In this document: positions 7,681 through 16,454 of the stretch, piece by piece
How the letters are laid out: each line of letters starts with the position of its first letter
Numbering within the stretch: the first letter of the stretch is position 1
Assembly (NCBI GenBank): GCA_026985385.1
Contig: JALSQM010000036.1
Location: forward strand, 1-49,133
Origin: Acidilobaceae archaeon
Lineage (GTDB): Archaea; Thermoproteota; Thermoprotei_A; Sulfolobales; Acidilobaceae
Length of the DNA stretch: 49,133 nucleotides
Reading direction: 5' to 3'
Translations under genes and position numbers: made by a program
Notes under the pieces: model-generated
Seen by the model: only the letters and a program-made list of their open reading frames with translations
Told to the model about the DNA's origin: nothing
The model's database searches: none

Positions 7681-10600
7681 ATGGTGCCCCCCTTGAAGCT
7701 AGCCCGGCAGTTCAACGAGTACCTCGCAGTCCTACTCTTAGTTGGCATTGCTATACTAGGCGTTGCCTCAGCGGTAGCTGCGGCAAGCACGAGTGGGGGC
7801 CCCTACCCCGTTAAGCTGGCTACGAGGGCTACGGGGGTTTACGGCGTCTATCTATACGAAATGCCACCGGGCCTCTCCGGCGGGATCTCAGCGGCTGCAT
7901 TCGACCTCAACGGATCCATTGCAGTCATAGGGGGGTCTGGGTATGTTGCGGCGGTGAATCTCAGTAATGCAACACTAATATGGGCGTCCAGCCTCCAGGG
8001 CACGGCTATCGCCGCCTCCTCTGATCCCGGGGCTGGGCTCGCAGCGGTGGCCTCTGATGAGGGTGAAGTAGTGGTTTACTCTATCAGGAAGGGTGAGCCT
8101 GTAGCGAGATACTATGTCGGTGAGGACGGTGTTATAGCCTCCGTACAACTCCTGAGAGGCGCCGACGGCGAGAGGCTAGCCGTTCTCACATCTAATGGAT
8201 ACCTAAGGGTCTACAGGGTCGGTAGCCCATACTGGGTGGAGATAGGCCCCCAACCCGGCGAGGGCCCTCTCTACTCGGTGCCTGGCCTGTTGGTTAAGCA
8301 GGCAATCCCGCTTGTGGAGGCGGGCCCGCGGGGGAACCTCATCCAGACCGATAAGCTAGTTTTCGCCTACACTATACTCGATAAAAAATTACTCTCAAAT
8401 ATTACAGTTACTATCTATTATTTAGAGGGAGAGGAGAAGCTACCCGCATATAGCTTTCGCGGCAGGCCCTTAGCTAGTAACCCAAATTTAACTGAAAACG
8501 CTCAGGCATATGTATGGATAACAGTGTATCCTTACACTGAACTCGAGGATCTATCGGGTAACAAGTACCCCGTCGAGGTTAACTACACACGCTCAATCCA
8601 AGGCTTCTACCCTGGCTCCTATGAAGTCCGAGTCCTATACAAGTATTGGGTAATCGACAAGCAGACGGGCTCCATTGTAAGCGAGAGGTGCTACACTGGC
8701 GTAAGCAAGCCCATATACTTGGGTATTTCGGATGCGATTAACATTAGTATAACCGCAAAGCCCGCGGAGAACTGCAGCGCAAATATCATGCAGGGCACAT
8801 TTCTGCCTCTCGGGGTCTTTGAAGCAAATAATGTACCTAGCTCCTTCGATGAGAGAAGGAATATTCACTTCTTATTACTCGAGGTACCATATAAGACTAA
8901 CTACCTCCTAGAGGAGGCGGTCTTGGCATCACGTCACCCGCCCATATCGTTTGTACGCGCTGGAGCTAGGGGTGTGTTAGCGCTACTCTACACGGGGGCT
9001 AAGACGATATACCTGTCCTACATAGATAATAATCTAGAACCGGTGGAAGTGTCGGGCTCCTATGGGGAGTTACTAACCTTCGAGTCGACGCCGTCTACTA
9101 TTGCGTGGTCGCAGAACCTTTCCTCCATTTACATCGGTACCAGCACAGGCGTTATCCATAGGCTCGTATGGCTTGAGGAGGAGGGCAGATACGTTGAGAC
9201 GAATACTATGGATGTGAGTGGCAACGATAAGGTAGACACTATAATACCGGAGGGTGGGGTAGTTATAACAGTAAGCGCTAAGGGATTCGCCCAGGCCATT
9301 AACCTGAGCTCTTGGAGACCTCTATGGAGGGGCCTACCGGGCTACCCCTACCTGAGCCTACCTCTCCAGAACGCCGAGGTTCTAAAGGCCTTCTCCTCCA
9401 CTGGGGCATCCCTGGTTGTCGTACCCAGGTTACCGGCGGGCGCTACGCCTTTCTTACTAGTGGCACCTTCGAGCTTGTGGAGCACGCCTCCACTACACAA
9501 GGTGGAGATAAGAGTCACTCTAATCCTAGACCGGATAACCGGGGCCTCGGAGACATTCACGCCTAGCGAGGGATCCTCTATCAAGGTGTTCCTCAATGGT
9601 AGCCTGGTGGCCGAGGCGACCCTTGAGAGGGGGGCCGCGACTCTATACTTGCCGCCTGGATCCTATAACGCGATCATAAACGCCACTGGCTGGGGGGCCG
9701 CGGACTATAACCTTAATGTTGGAGGCTCCGATGAGGCCCTTAACCTCTCGCTCAGGTTTAGGGAAGTAGAACTTTACGTCTACACTCCCCAGTCAAACGT
9801 GCCTGGTTATCAGCTCGTAGCGGGGCCTATCGCTGGTGCAAACGTTACACTGCGGCCGTTAGGTGTAGCCGAGAACCTCTCATACACGCCGTTCAGCAGC
9901 GTGCTGAAAGGCACTACTGGAAGGGACGGTAGAATACGCTTTATAGCTTGGGAGGGCGTCGAGTATGCCGTAACCGCAACTAAGCAGGGCTACAGACCAG
10001 GGTCTCGAGTACTTGGGCCATGGCGCCCTTCTATCGTGAATGTAACCCTCTTCCCTAACTTATACAAGGTGTCCCTAGAGGCGGTCGACTCCGAAGCACT
10101 AGGAGCTGGACTCAAGTATAATGTGGAGAACGCCACGTTTACCATAAAGTATTCTAATGGACGCTCGATCACAGTGACGGCTCCGAATGGCGTGGCGGAG
10201 GTAGAGCTTCCAAGCGGCAACTATACCATAATAGCAACCGCCGAAGGGTATAAGCGCGCAGAAGCAGGCGCCGAGATACCCAAGCAGTCATCAATCACAC
10301 TGGCGCTGCAACCTAAATACTACACTATTGCAATCAAGGTTCTTACTCTAGATAATGTGACGGGACTGGCCTCAGGCCCCCTAGCCTCAGCTAGGCTCAA
10401 CATCACTCTAGCGAAGCCTTCGATTCCCAACCGAACAATCATAGTATACACCGATAAGACGGGTCTAGTCGAGGTCAAGCTCAGGACGGGCACCTACAAG
10501 GTGGCCGTCTGGAGCCCCTATACCCAGCCTTACACCTACTACTTAAGGGTAGCACCGAATACCTCCAAAGCAACGCTTATCGTGTATCCGAGGTATGCTA

Positions 10601-13386
10601 ACGTTTCACTTATACTCTACGACTCGGAGCTCTATATGAGAGGAGTTCTAGTGTCTAACGCTACAATATCAATAGTCTACAAGGCACCCTCCTACACTAG
10701 CTCTACTCAGGTAAACGCGCCGAGCGGTATAGCCGTATTGAGGCTACCCTACGGGCTTTACGCAATCTCCGTGACAGCGCCAGCCTACGAGCCCTACGGC
10801 CCAGTAACGCTCGCTATAAGCAAGCCAAACAACACAATACGACTATACCTGTCACCGGTAAAGTATGAGGTGACAATAAAGGTAGTAGCCCGTGACCCCC
10901 TCTGGAACCTGGCCCAAGGACCTCTCGGAGGAGCCATGGTGGAAGCTATACCTAAGGACAACACCACCTATGCACCTATCACTGTGGGCTACACTGATAG
11001 CAGTGGGACGGTAGTCCTACTGTTAAGGATGGGCCTCTACGAGATAAAGGTTACACACCCATTCATAGCCCCCTGCACGCGCGAGATCGCCGTTGGTTCT
11101 AGGCTCTACTTATCACTTATTGTCACCCCGAACTATACGCCTGTTAATATTAAGGTGCTTGACGTCGATACTGGGAGGCCTGTTCCCAACGCTACCTTAG
11201 CCCTCCACTACATAGGCATAGGTGAGGGCACGGTTACCTTGAAGGCCGGGGATGGACTGGTTAAGACGCTCCTACCCCCCGGCTACTACGTCATTACAGC
11301 CTCGAAGCCCGGCTATTATTATCTGGCTAGTATGAACATCTCGCTGAGGGCAGGCGCCGGAGAAGTCTTGACAATACATTTGAAGCCAGTAATTATTAGG
11401 GTCACGCTAAGTGTTTCCACGGCCACGCTTAACTCCCCCATAGCACTGCCGTCACTCCCACTCTCTGGAGCGTCTATAATCATAAAACCAGATGACCGCG
11501 TTCTAAATGCCGTTGGTGTGAAGCCCATAGAGATTACTACAGGCGCTAATGGCTCCGTTTCGGTGAGCCTACGTGCAGGATCCTATGTTTACACTATACT
11601 CAAACAGGGGTTTAAGGAGGCCCACGGGAGAATTCACGTAACACCTAGAGGGCGCTACTCGTTCCACATAGTAGTGGAGCCATACATGGCTAACGTAACC
11701 ATCCTACTCTACGATAACGAAATTAGGGGGCCAGAGGCTTATAATATTAGTAATGCAACGATGATAATTAACACGTGGAATCTAAGATATGTCGGCAGAG
11801 CCGCTCACATCAAATCCAATGAGACACTCCTGCTACCCGTAGGCCTGTATAATCTAACAATTACAGCTCCAGGGTATGCTCCCAGGACGCTAGCGGTCAA
11901 CATCTCCGCTTCGACTATACTGAAGATAAGCCTGAGCGCTCTAAGGTATCCTGTTAGAATAACACTATACTCCAATCACGGCAGGTTCTCCGGCCCCGTC
12001 AAAGGGGTGCGCGTGATAGCCTCCTCTATGCCTCCCCTGAAGCCATTCAGTGTAAACGGCACGACCAGCGCAAATGGGGTAGTCATACTCGATCTACGTA
12101 AGGGTTCGTACACTATAATCGTAGAGGATCCCTTCGGGGGCGTAGTGGTAGCGGCGAGGAACCTAACGATAAGCGGGCCCGCACAACTTAGGCTAGCAGT
12201 GAGGCCTCCTATATCAAACGTGACCTTCTCGACCCTAGACGCCGAGGCACATATTCCCATCAAGCACTACAAGCTAAGCCTAATATACAAGGGCCCCTAT
12301 GGCACGGGTAATATGACGTTAACGTTAAATGAAACACGGATCCTCCAGCTCCCACTTGGATACTACATCGTCGAGGCAGTAGCACCCTCCTATGAGGCAA
12401 ATATGACCAAGCTCGAGGTGGGAGTTGCAACTAAGCATGTCATTATAGCCCTAAGACCGGTCTACGTGCCCTTCACCGTGAGAGTGATTAACCCCGACGG
12501 AGAGCCCATCGACGGGGCTTTAGTCGAGCTACACTACGAGATACCCTTCCTATCACCTTCACCCATAATCTCAGTTAACGGTACTGCAGCGGCACGCGGA
12601 GGAATCCGGGAGGGCAAATACACCCTGATAGTGCGGCCACCGCTTAAGTCGCCCTATCTGCCAGTTACACTCAACGTAACCGTAGGCCCCGCCGGCTCCA
12701 AGCTCACTGTAGTTCTCCCATACAAGGAATTCAACATTACTATACTACTCAAGGACTCATTGACGGGCAAGCTCATACCTTTCCCCTACCAGTTAGAGCT
12801 GCAGAGGAGAGGGAAAGCGAAGCCCCCGGCGGTTAAGTACCCGAAGAAAATAACTATTAAATCGGGTAACGCGACTGTAGAGCTGCCATATGGAGTATAT
12901 GAAGCGAAGCTGAAACCCGTGTCTAAGAACTACTACGAGCTACCAGAAAACATCGTGGTCACCGTTGACGGCAACAAGAATGTTACTATTAGATTAAAGC
13001 CTCGGATTTACACTGTAACCATAACCGTAGTCAACGATAGATCGGAGCCAGTCGCGGGTGCTCTCGTCGAGATAGTCGATACTAGGACGCATGCTACCGT
13101 GGCGAGTGAGTTCACCGGAACAGGGGGTACGGCATCGTTTAAAGTGATATATGGCGTGTACAAAGTAGTGGTCGGGCACCCGGCCTACAAGAGGGTGGAG
13201 ACTTACATTATGGTTCCCCAGCAGGCTAGCGCTACGATAACAGTGTATCCAACCCCTCTAACCGTGGTAAAGAGGCTGACACCCCTACTCGTCGGCGTAG
13301 GTGGGCTCCTAGCGTTGATAGCTGTTCTATGGAGGCTCAAGGAGGTGATAGCCAGCAGGCTCACCGAGCAAGAGGAGTACTTTTAG
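7681..13386 (+). CDS. Giant (1901 aa) membrane-anchored, probably heavily glycosylated cell-surface protein (adhesin or S-layer-like)
   Basis: It has an N-terminal signal/anchor (LAVLLLVGIAILGVASAVAAAS). Residues ~60-560 carry PQQ/WD-like beta-propeller motifs (ATLIWASS, GEVVVYS, GYLRVYRVG). Residues 606-1859 form 14 tandem Ig-like repeats. The C-terminus has a TM helix (LLVGVGGLLALIAVLWRL) and a short cytoplasmic tail. I counted about 45-50 N-x-S/T sequons by eye. Confidence 0.85.
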   Translation: MVPPLKLARQFNEYLAVLLLVGIAILGVASAVAAASTSGGPYPVKLATRATGVYGVYLYEMPPGLSGGISAAAFDLNGSIAVIGGSGYVAAVNLSNATLIWASSLQGTAIAASSDPGAGLAAVASDEGEVVVYSIRKGEPVARYYVGEDGVIASVQLLRGADGERLAVLTSNGYLRVYRVGSPYWVEIGPQPGEGPLYSVPGLLVKQAIPLVEAGPRGNLIQTDKLVFAYTILDKKLLSNITVTIYYLEGEEKLPAYSFRGRPLASNPNLTENAQAYVWITVYPYTELEDLSGNKYPVEVNYTRSIQGFYPGSYEVRVLYKYWVIDKQTGSIVSERCYTGVSKPIYLGISDAINISITAKPAENCSANIMQGTFLPLGVFEANNVPSSFDERRNIHFLLLEVPYKTNYLLEEAVLASRHPPISFVRAGARGVLALLYTGAKTIYLSYIDNNLEPVEVSGSYGELLTFESTPSTIAWSQNLSSIYIGTSTGVIHRLVWLEEEGRYVETNTMDVSGNDKVDTIIPEGGVVITVSAKGFAQAINLSSWRPLWRGLPGYPYLSLPLQNAEVLKAFSSTGASLVVVPRLPAGATPFLLVAPSSLWSTPPLHKVEIRVTLILDRITGASETFTPSEGSSIKVFLNGSLVAEATLERGAATLYLPPGSYNAIINATGWGAADYNLNVGGSDEALNLSLRFREVELYVYTPQSNVPGYQLVAGPIAGANVTLRPLGVAENLSYTPFSSVLKGTTGRDGRIRFIAWEGVEYAVTATKQGYRPGSRVLGPWRPSIVNVTLFPNLYKVSLEAVDSEALGAGLKYNVENATFTIKYSNGRSITVTAPNGVAEVELPSGNYTIIATAEGYKRAEAGAEIPKQSSITLALQPKYYTIAIKVLTLDNVTGLASGPLASARLNITLAKPSIPNRTIIVYTDKTGLVEVKLRTGTYKVAVWSPYTQPYTYYLRVAPNTSKATLIVYPRYANVSLILYDSELYMRGVLVSNATISIVYKAPSYTSSTQVNAPSGIAVLRLPYGLYAISVTAPAYEPYGPVTLAISKPNNTIRLYLSPVKYEVTIKVVARDPLWNLAQGPLGGAMVEAIPKDNTTYAPITVGYTDSSGTVVLLLRMGLYEIKVTHPFIAPCTREIAVGSRLYLSLIVTPNYTPVNIKVLDVDTGRPVPNATLALHYIGIGEGTVTLKAGDGLVKTLLPPGYYVITASKPGYYYLASMNISLRAGAGEVLTIHLKPVIIRVTLSVSTATLNSPIALPSLPLSGASIIIKPDDRVLNAVGVKPIEITTGANGSVSVSLRAGSYVYTILKQGFKEAHGRIHVTPRGRYSFHIVVEPYMANVTILLYDNEIRGPEAYNISNATMIINTWNLRYVGRAAHIKSNETLLLPVGLYNLTITAPGYAPRTLAVNISASTILKISLSALRYPVRITLYSNHGRFSGPVKGVRVIASSMPPLKPFSVNGTTSANGVVILDLRKGSYTIIVEDPFGGVVVAARNLTISGPAQLRLAVRPPISNVTFSTLDAEAHIPIKHYKLSLIYKGPYGTGNMTLTLNETRILQLPLGYYIVEAVAPSYEANMTKLEVGVATKHVIIALRPVYVPFTVRVINPDGEPIDGALVELHYEIPFLSPSPIISVNGTAAARGGIREGKYTLIVRPPLKSPYLPVTLNVTVGPAGSKLTVVLPYKEFNITILLKDSLTGKLIPFPYQLELQRRGKAKPPAVKYPKKITIKSGNATVELPYGVYEAKLKPVSKNYYELPENIVVTVDGNKNVTIRLKPRIYTVTITVVNDRSEPVAGALVEIVDTRTHATVASEFTGTGGTASFKVIYGVYKVVVGHPAYKRVETYIMVPQQASATITVYPTPLTVVKRLTPLLVGVGGLLALIAVLWRLKEVIASRLTEQEEYF
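9496..13257 (+). repeat. Protein-level tandem array of 14 divergent ~85-98-aa CarboxypepD_reg/PEGA-like (transthyretin/Ig-fold) domains
   Basis: A core motif G-x-Y-x-(I/V)-x-(V/A)-x-x-x-G-Y recurs once per unit: PGSYNAIINATGW, GVEYAVTATKQGY, SGNYTIIATAEGY, TGTYKVAVWSPY, YGLYAISVTAPAY, MGLYEIKVTHPF, PGYYVITASKPGY, AGSYVYTILKQGF, VGLYNLTITAPGY, KGSYTIIVEDPF, LGYYIVEAVAPSY, EGKYTLIVRPPL, YGVYEAKLKPVS, YGVYKVVVGHPAY. The DNA copies are too diverged to be recent duplications. Confidence 0.7.
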
Positions 13387-13403
13387 ACCCTTAGCCCCCC
13401 TCT

Positions 13404-13601
13404 TTGCTTGGTGCCTGTCCCGTGTCTGAGGAGGGGCTGCCTAAGCTTGAGGATTTAGAGGATAGGATAAGGAGGGAGATACTTCTAGCCTATGAAGAGA
13501 AGGTTAGGAAGCTCAAGGCTGAGTACGAGAGGTTTGTTAGCGAAATCGAGGAGAAGTACGATAATGCCGCAAGAGAATTCGCTAGGAGGGCGGCCCCCTA
13601 G
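13404..13601 (+). CDS. Small hypothetical coiled-coil protein
   Basis: The 65-aa ORF starts 18 nt after the giant gene's stop. Its charged, heptad-like sequence is EDLEDRIRREILLAYEEKVRKLKAEYERFVSEIEEKYDNAAREFARR. The start is uncertain (TTG at 13404 or the in-frame GTG a few codons in). Confidence 0.4.
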   Translation: MLGACPVSEEGLPKLEDLEDRIRREILLAYEEKVRKLKAEYERFVSEIEEKYDNAAREFARRAAP

Positions 13602-13613
13602 TGGGGGTCAGGC

Positions 13614-14144
13614 ATGCTTATAGGTGTTCTAAGCGATACCCATGACAACGTGGTTCTAGCTAAAAGGGCTGTACACCTCCTGTTAGATCTTGGCGCCACC
13701 CTCATTTTCCACCTAGGCGACATAGTCTCACCCTTCACGCTACTAGCCATGGCTTCCGAGGCATCCGGTAGAGCCGCTATACGGGCTGTTTTCGGGAATA
13801 ACTGTGGGGACAAGACTCAACTCAGGAGGGTGGCCGAGAGTCTCGGGGTTGAGATAGAGGAGCCTCCCAGGGAGGTGGTAGTTAACGGTAGGCGTATACT
13901 TCTACTCCACGGCTGGGGTTCCCCCTCGGATACTAGGCGGATAGTATACGCGCTAGCCCGCGGAGGTGAATGGGACGCAATCCTGTATGGGCACACCCAC
14001 GAGGTCGACTACCGCTATATCCAAGGGGTTCTAGTGTTAAATCCCGGTGAGGCCTCAGGCGTTCTTCACGGTAAGCCCACGGTAGCGCTGCTAGACACCG
14101 AGACACTCAAGGCTAGGATCCTAGAGGTGCAACTTCATGGCTAA
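13614..14144 (+). CDS. Metallophosphoesterase, YfcE/MJ0936-type phosphodiesterase
   Basis: The calcineurin-fold motifs appear in order: GVLSDTHDN, HLGDIVSP, GNNCGD, LLHG, GHTHE. Confidence 0.85.
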   Translation: MLIGVLSDTHDNVVLAKRAVHLLLDLGATLIFHLGDIVSPFTLLAMASEASGRAAIRAVFGNNCGDKTQLRRVAESLGVEIEEPPREVVVNGRRILLLHGWGSPSDTRRIVYALARGGEWDAILYGHTHEVDYRYIQGVLVLNPGEASGVLHGKPTVALLDTETLKARILEVQLHG

Positions 14145-14544
14145 TAAGTGCATGGTGCATCTAGGCCCCCTCTGCAGTGTCCTCAGCTATTTAGCGGATG
14201 TATACCCAATAGAGGTTGTAGGCTACCTCCTCGGGGGAGAGAGGCCTGGCGAGACCCTTGTAGGCGCCGTGTATTTTGCCGAGAACCTAGACAGGAGCCC
14301 CTGCTCCTTCACAGCGAACCCCCTGGACACCATCGCAGCTCATAGGGCTGCTTGGAACCTCGGTATAGACGTTGTAGGTGTATTCCACACACACCCCAGG
14401 AGCGGGTCTTCCCCTTCCCAGAGCGATTTAGAGGGTATGAGGAGGTGGCCCCTCACGTGGGTGATCAATGGGAGGGGAGGCACGTTATCAGCGTGGAGGC
14501 TGATGGGAGGCCACTTAGAGAGCTGCTATATAGAGTGCTCCTAG
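14137..14544 (+). CDS. JAB1/MPN/Mov34 (JAMM) metalloprotease, minimal stand-alone form
   Basis: The 135-aa protein has the catalytic Glu in EVVGYLLG and the JAMM motif HTHPRSGSSPSQSD (HxHx7Sx2D). Its ATG overlaps the phosphodiesterase stop by 8 nt (ATGGCTAA). Confidence 0.8.
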   Translation: MANKCMVHLGPLCSVLSYLADVYPIEVVGYLLGGERPGETLVGAVYFAENLDRSPCSFTANPLDTIAAHRAAWNLGIDVVGVFHTHPRSGSSPSQSDLEGMRRWPLTWVINGRGGTLSAWRLMGGHLESCYIECS

Positions 14545-14551
14545 AGAGCCT

Positions 14552-15214
14552 CTAGAGCAGGTCTAGGAGCCTCTTAGCTATAAGGGCGATCGACGCACCT
14601 ATCACGCCGCCTATAGCTGCATATACTGCTCCCAGTAGGAGGCCCGGCTTGTAGGCTAGGGAGCCCCGCATGACCTGGTAGCTATTTATCTCTAGGTCTC
14701 GGAGCTTGTAGTTGGTACCGTTAACTGTGGTGTAGGACTCGGCCTTCAATATGAGACCCGTGCTTTTATCGTAGTAGATCACCACCTTGCCGGGAACCAT
14801 GAGGGGTGCACAGGCTGAGGCCGGTATAGCCCCGCTCCTCTCGTAGATGTAAGCAGGTCTAACCCCCATGGAGGTAGAAGCGTAACCCACGCTATAGTTG
14901 CCGTAGACGGGCTTACCGTCGGCGAAGGGTAGTATAACGGCCTCCCGCCTTCCTGCAGTGCACGTCGTCTCCCTTGCGAGGTTCAGGTTCAGCGGTAACT
15001 CGATGGAGTTATAGCCGCAGAGGGCGTCGCTGTAGATGTATGTAGCGGTGAGCCGCCCAGGACCTATGTGGTAGGTGTACCCGCTCGGGCATGCGAATCC
15101 CCTATTCAGGCTTTCAATGCCGCCCAGGCTAGTAGAATAGATGAAAGCGGCTGCCACGGCTATGGCGGTTAGAATCACTATCTCCACTGCTGCAGCCCCT
15201 TTATCAGATATCAT
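14552..15214 (-). CDS. Pilin-like secreted/membrane protein with a class III-type signal and a C-terminal TM helix
   Basis: The N-terminus is MISDKG|AAAVEIVILTAIAVAAAFIYS, a short leader ending in KG followed by a hydrophobic helix with Glu at +5. The C-terminus LLLGAVYAAIGGVIGASIALIAKRLL is a second TM segment. The middle is Cys- and Tyr-rich. Confidence 0.55.
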   Translation of the reverse strand: MISDKGAAAVEIVILTAIAVAAAFIYSTSLGGIESLNRGFACPSGYTYHIGPGRLTATYIYSDALCGYNSIELPLNLNLARETTCTAGRREAVILPFADGKPVYGNYSVGYASTSMGVRPAYIYERSGAIPASACAPLMVPGKVVIYYDKSTGLILKAESYTTVNGTNYKLRDLEINSYQVMRGSLAYKPGLLLGAVYAAIGGVIGASIALIAKRLLDLL

Positions 15215-15288
15215 CGCGGAATCCCCATCCCACGCCTCGCTGTTGGGGGCCGCCCATTTTAACTATGGCTACCTTGCGGGCTTACAGA

Positions 15289-16446
15289 TTAACCTGGTAG
15301 TATCGGCCTAATTGTGAGCAGGGAGAGGAGTAGCAGCACTGTGGCTGATTGTAGTCCAAGGGATACAATCTTGCCCTGAGAGCCCTGTAGTCTCACAAGT
15401 AAGTCCTCAAGCATTTTGGCTCCATCAGTTATGAAGAGTGGCCCTGCGTTTATGAGTGCTAAGGCGAAGTTTAGTAGGAGCGAGCTATAGAGTAGTATGC
15501 CCGCTAGTGTGAAGTTATTGACTATGGTTATCCCGATCATGGTCTCGTTGACACCCTTGTATACGGTTACATTCAAGTGCTTCCCGTCTCTAACCAGTGT
15601 GAGGGTTAGGTTAACGGCCTTCCTAGGGTTCTTCACGCCGGCTTCCTCAAATACCCTGGCCAGGTCTTGGATGCAGCTAATCTTCTCGCCGTTAACCGCT
15701 ATGATTACATCGCCCCTCGTTATGTTAGCTGGGAGTCCACCTGGCATTACTGCGTGGGCAGCGGGGCTCTCTGGTGCAACGCCTATTATGGTTACTCCGT
15801 GGGAGAACGCGCTGCAGGGAGCCGCTGATGCTATGCCGAGGAGTAGCAGGTATAGTATGAGGTTTGCTGTGACCCCCGCGGAGTACACCTTGAGGCGGGA
15901 GGAGAGGGGGGCCTTAGCGAGTTCTTCCTCGTCGAGCTCTACGAAAGCAGCAGGCACCACTATGAAGAGTGCTACTCCAACGTTCTTAACACGGAGCCCC
16001 TCAGCCCTCGCAACCAGGGCATGTGCCAGCTCGTGCACCGCCGCAGCTATGCCGAGAGCTACCAGGAAGTGTGGGAGAACACTGAGCGGCACCGTGACCC
16101 CGGGTATTAGCGGTACCACGCCGAGCGAGGAGGATCCGGGTAGCCTAGCCACGTAGCGGGCCCAGAACGTGGCTAGTATCGTGTAGTAGAAGAACGCCAT
16201 CAAGGCATACGCTAGGGCTACGGAGGCGTAGGAGGCCCTGGATATCGCCCGTGCCCCACGCCCCCTTAAAGGCTCCATAGACCCGCCGAAACGATAGATT
16301 ACGGCTATGGGGTTAACCTCCCAGCGCCCCCTCCTGCCTCTCGCAGCAGTCGTCACAGCAACCCACAACGCCAAGTAGGAGAGCAGGCCTATGGCGAGTG
16401 CGCCCAACTCCTCCCCTAGGCCGCCGCGGCTCCACCCGGGGTTCAA
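15289..16446 (-). CDS. Site-2 protease (peptidase M50) with an internal PDZ domain
   Basis: HELAHALVARAEG (HExxH) lies within a TM region and ALINAGPLFITDG matches NxxPxxxxDG. A PDZ-like insert (GDVIIAVNGEKISCIQDLARVF) is also present. Confidence 0.85.
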   Translation of the reverse strand: MNPGWSRGGLGEELGALAIGLLSYLALWVAVTTAARGRRGRWEVNPIAVIYRFGGSMEPLRGRGARAISRASYASVALAYALMAFFYYTILATFWARYVARLPGSSSLGVVPLIPGVTVPLSVLPHFLVALGIAAAVHELAHALVARAEGLRVKNVGVALFIVVPAAFVELDEEELAKAPLSSRLKVYSAGVTANLILYLLLLGIASAAPCSAFSHGVTIIGVAPESPAAHAVMPGGLPANITRGDVIIAVNGEKISCIQDLARVFEEAGVKNPRKAVNLTLTLVRDGKHLNVTVYKGVNETMIGITIVNNFTLAGILLYSSLLLNFALALINAGPLFITDGAKMLEDLLVRLQGSQGKIVSLGLQSATVLLLLSLLTIRPILPG

Positions 16447-16454
16447 ATCCTAAA

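Noticed and set aside
15497-16156. Long antisense ORFs in the track. Examples: 15497-16156 (+), 35719-36252 (+), 38214-38699 (+), 29232-29723 (+), 30358-30858 (+), 231-704 (-), 16723-17112 (+), 43312-43662 (+).
   Set aside because: Each lies fully inside, and opposite to, a gene with strong family motifs. Their translations are Ser/Pro/Leu/Arg/Thr-rich low-complexity sequence, typical of shadow frames in GC-rich genomes, and contain no recognisable motifs.
16436-16450. A tRNA T-arm-like string, CCGGGGTTCAAATCC.
   Set aside because: The 3' half of the would-be T-stem (CCTAA) does not pair, and no acceptor or anticodon arms can be drawn. The string lies inside the first codons of the M50 protease gene (MNPGWSRGG on the minus strand).
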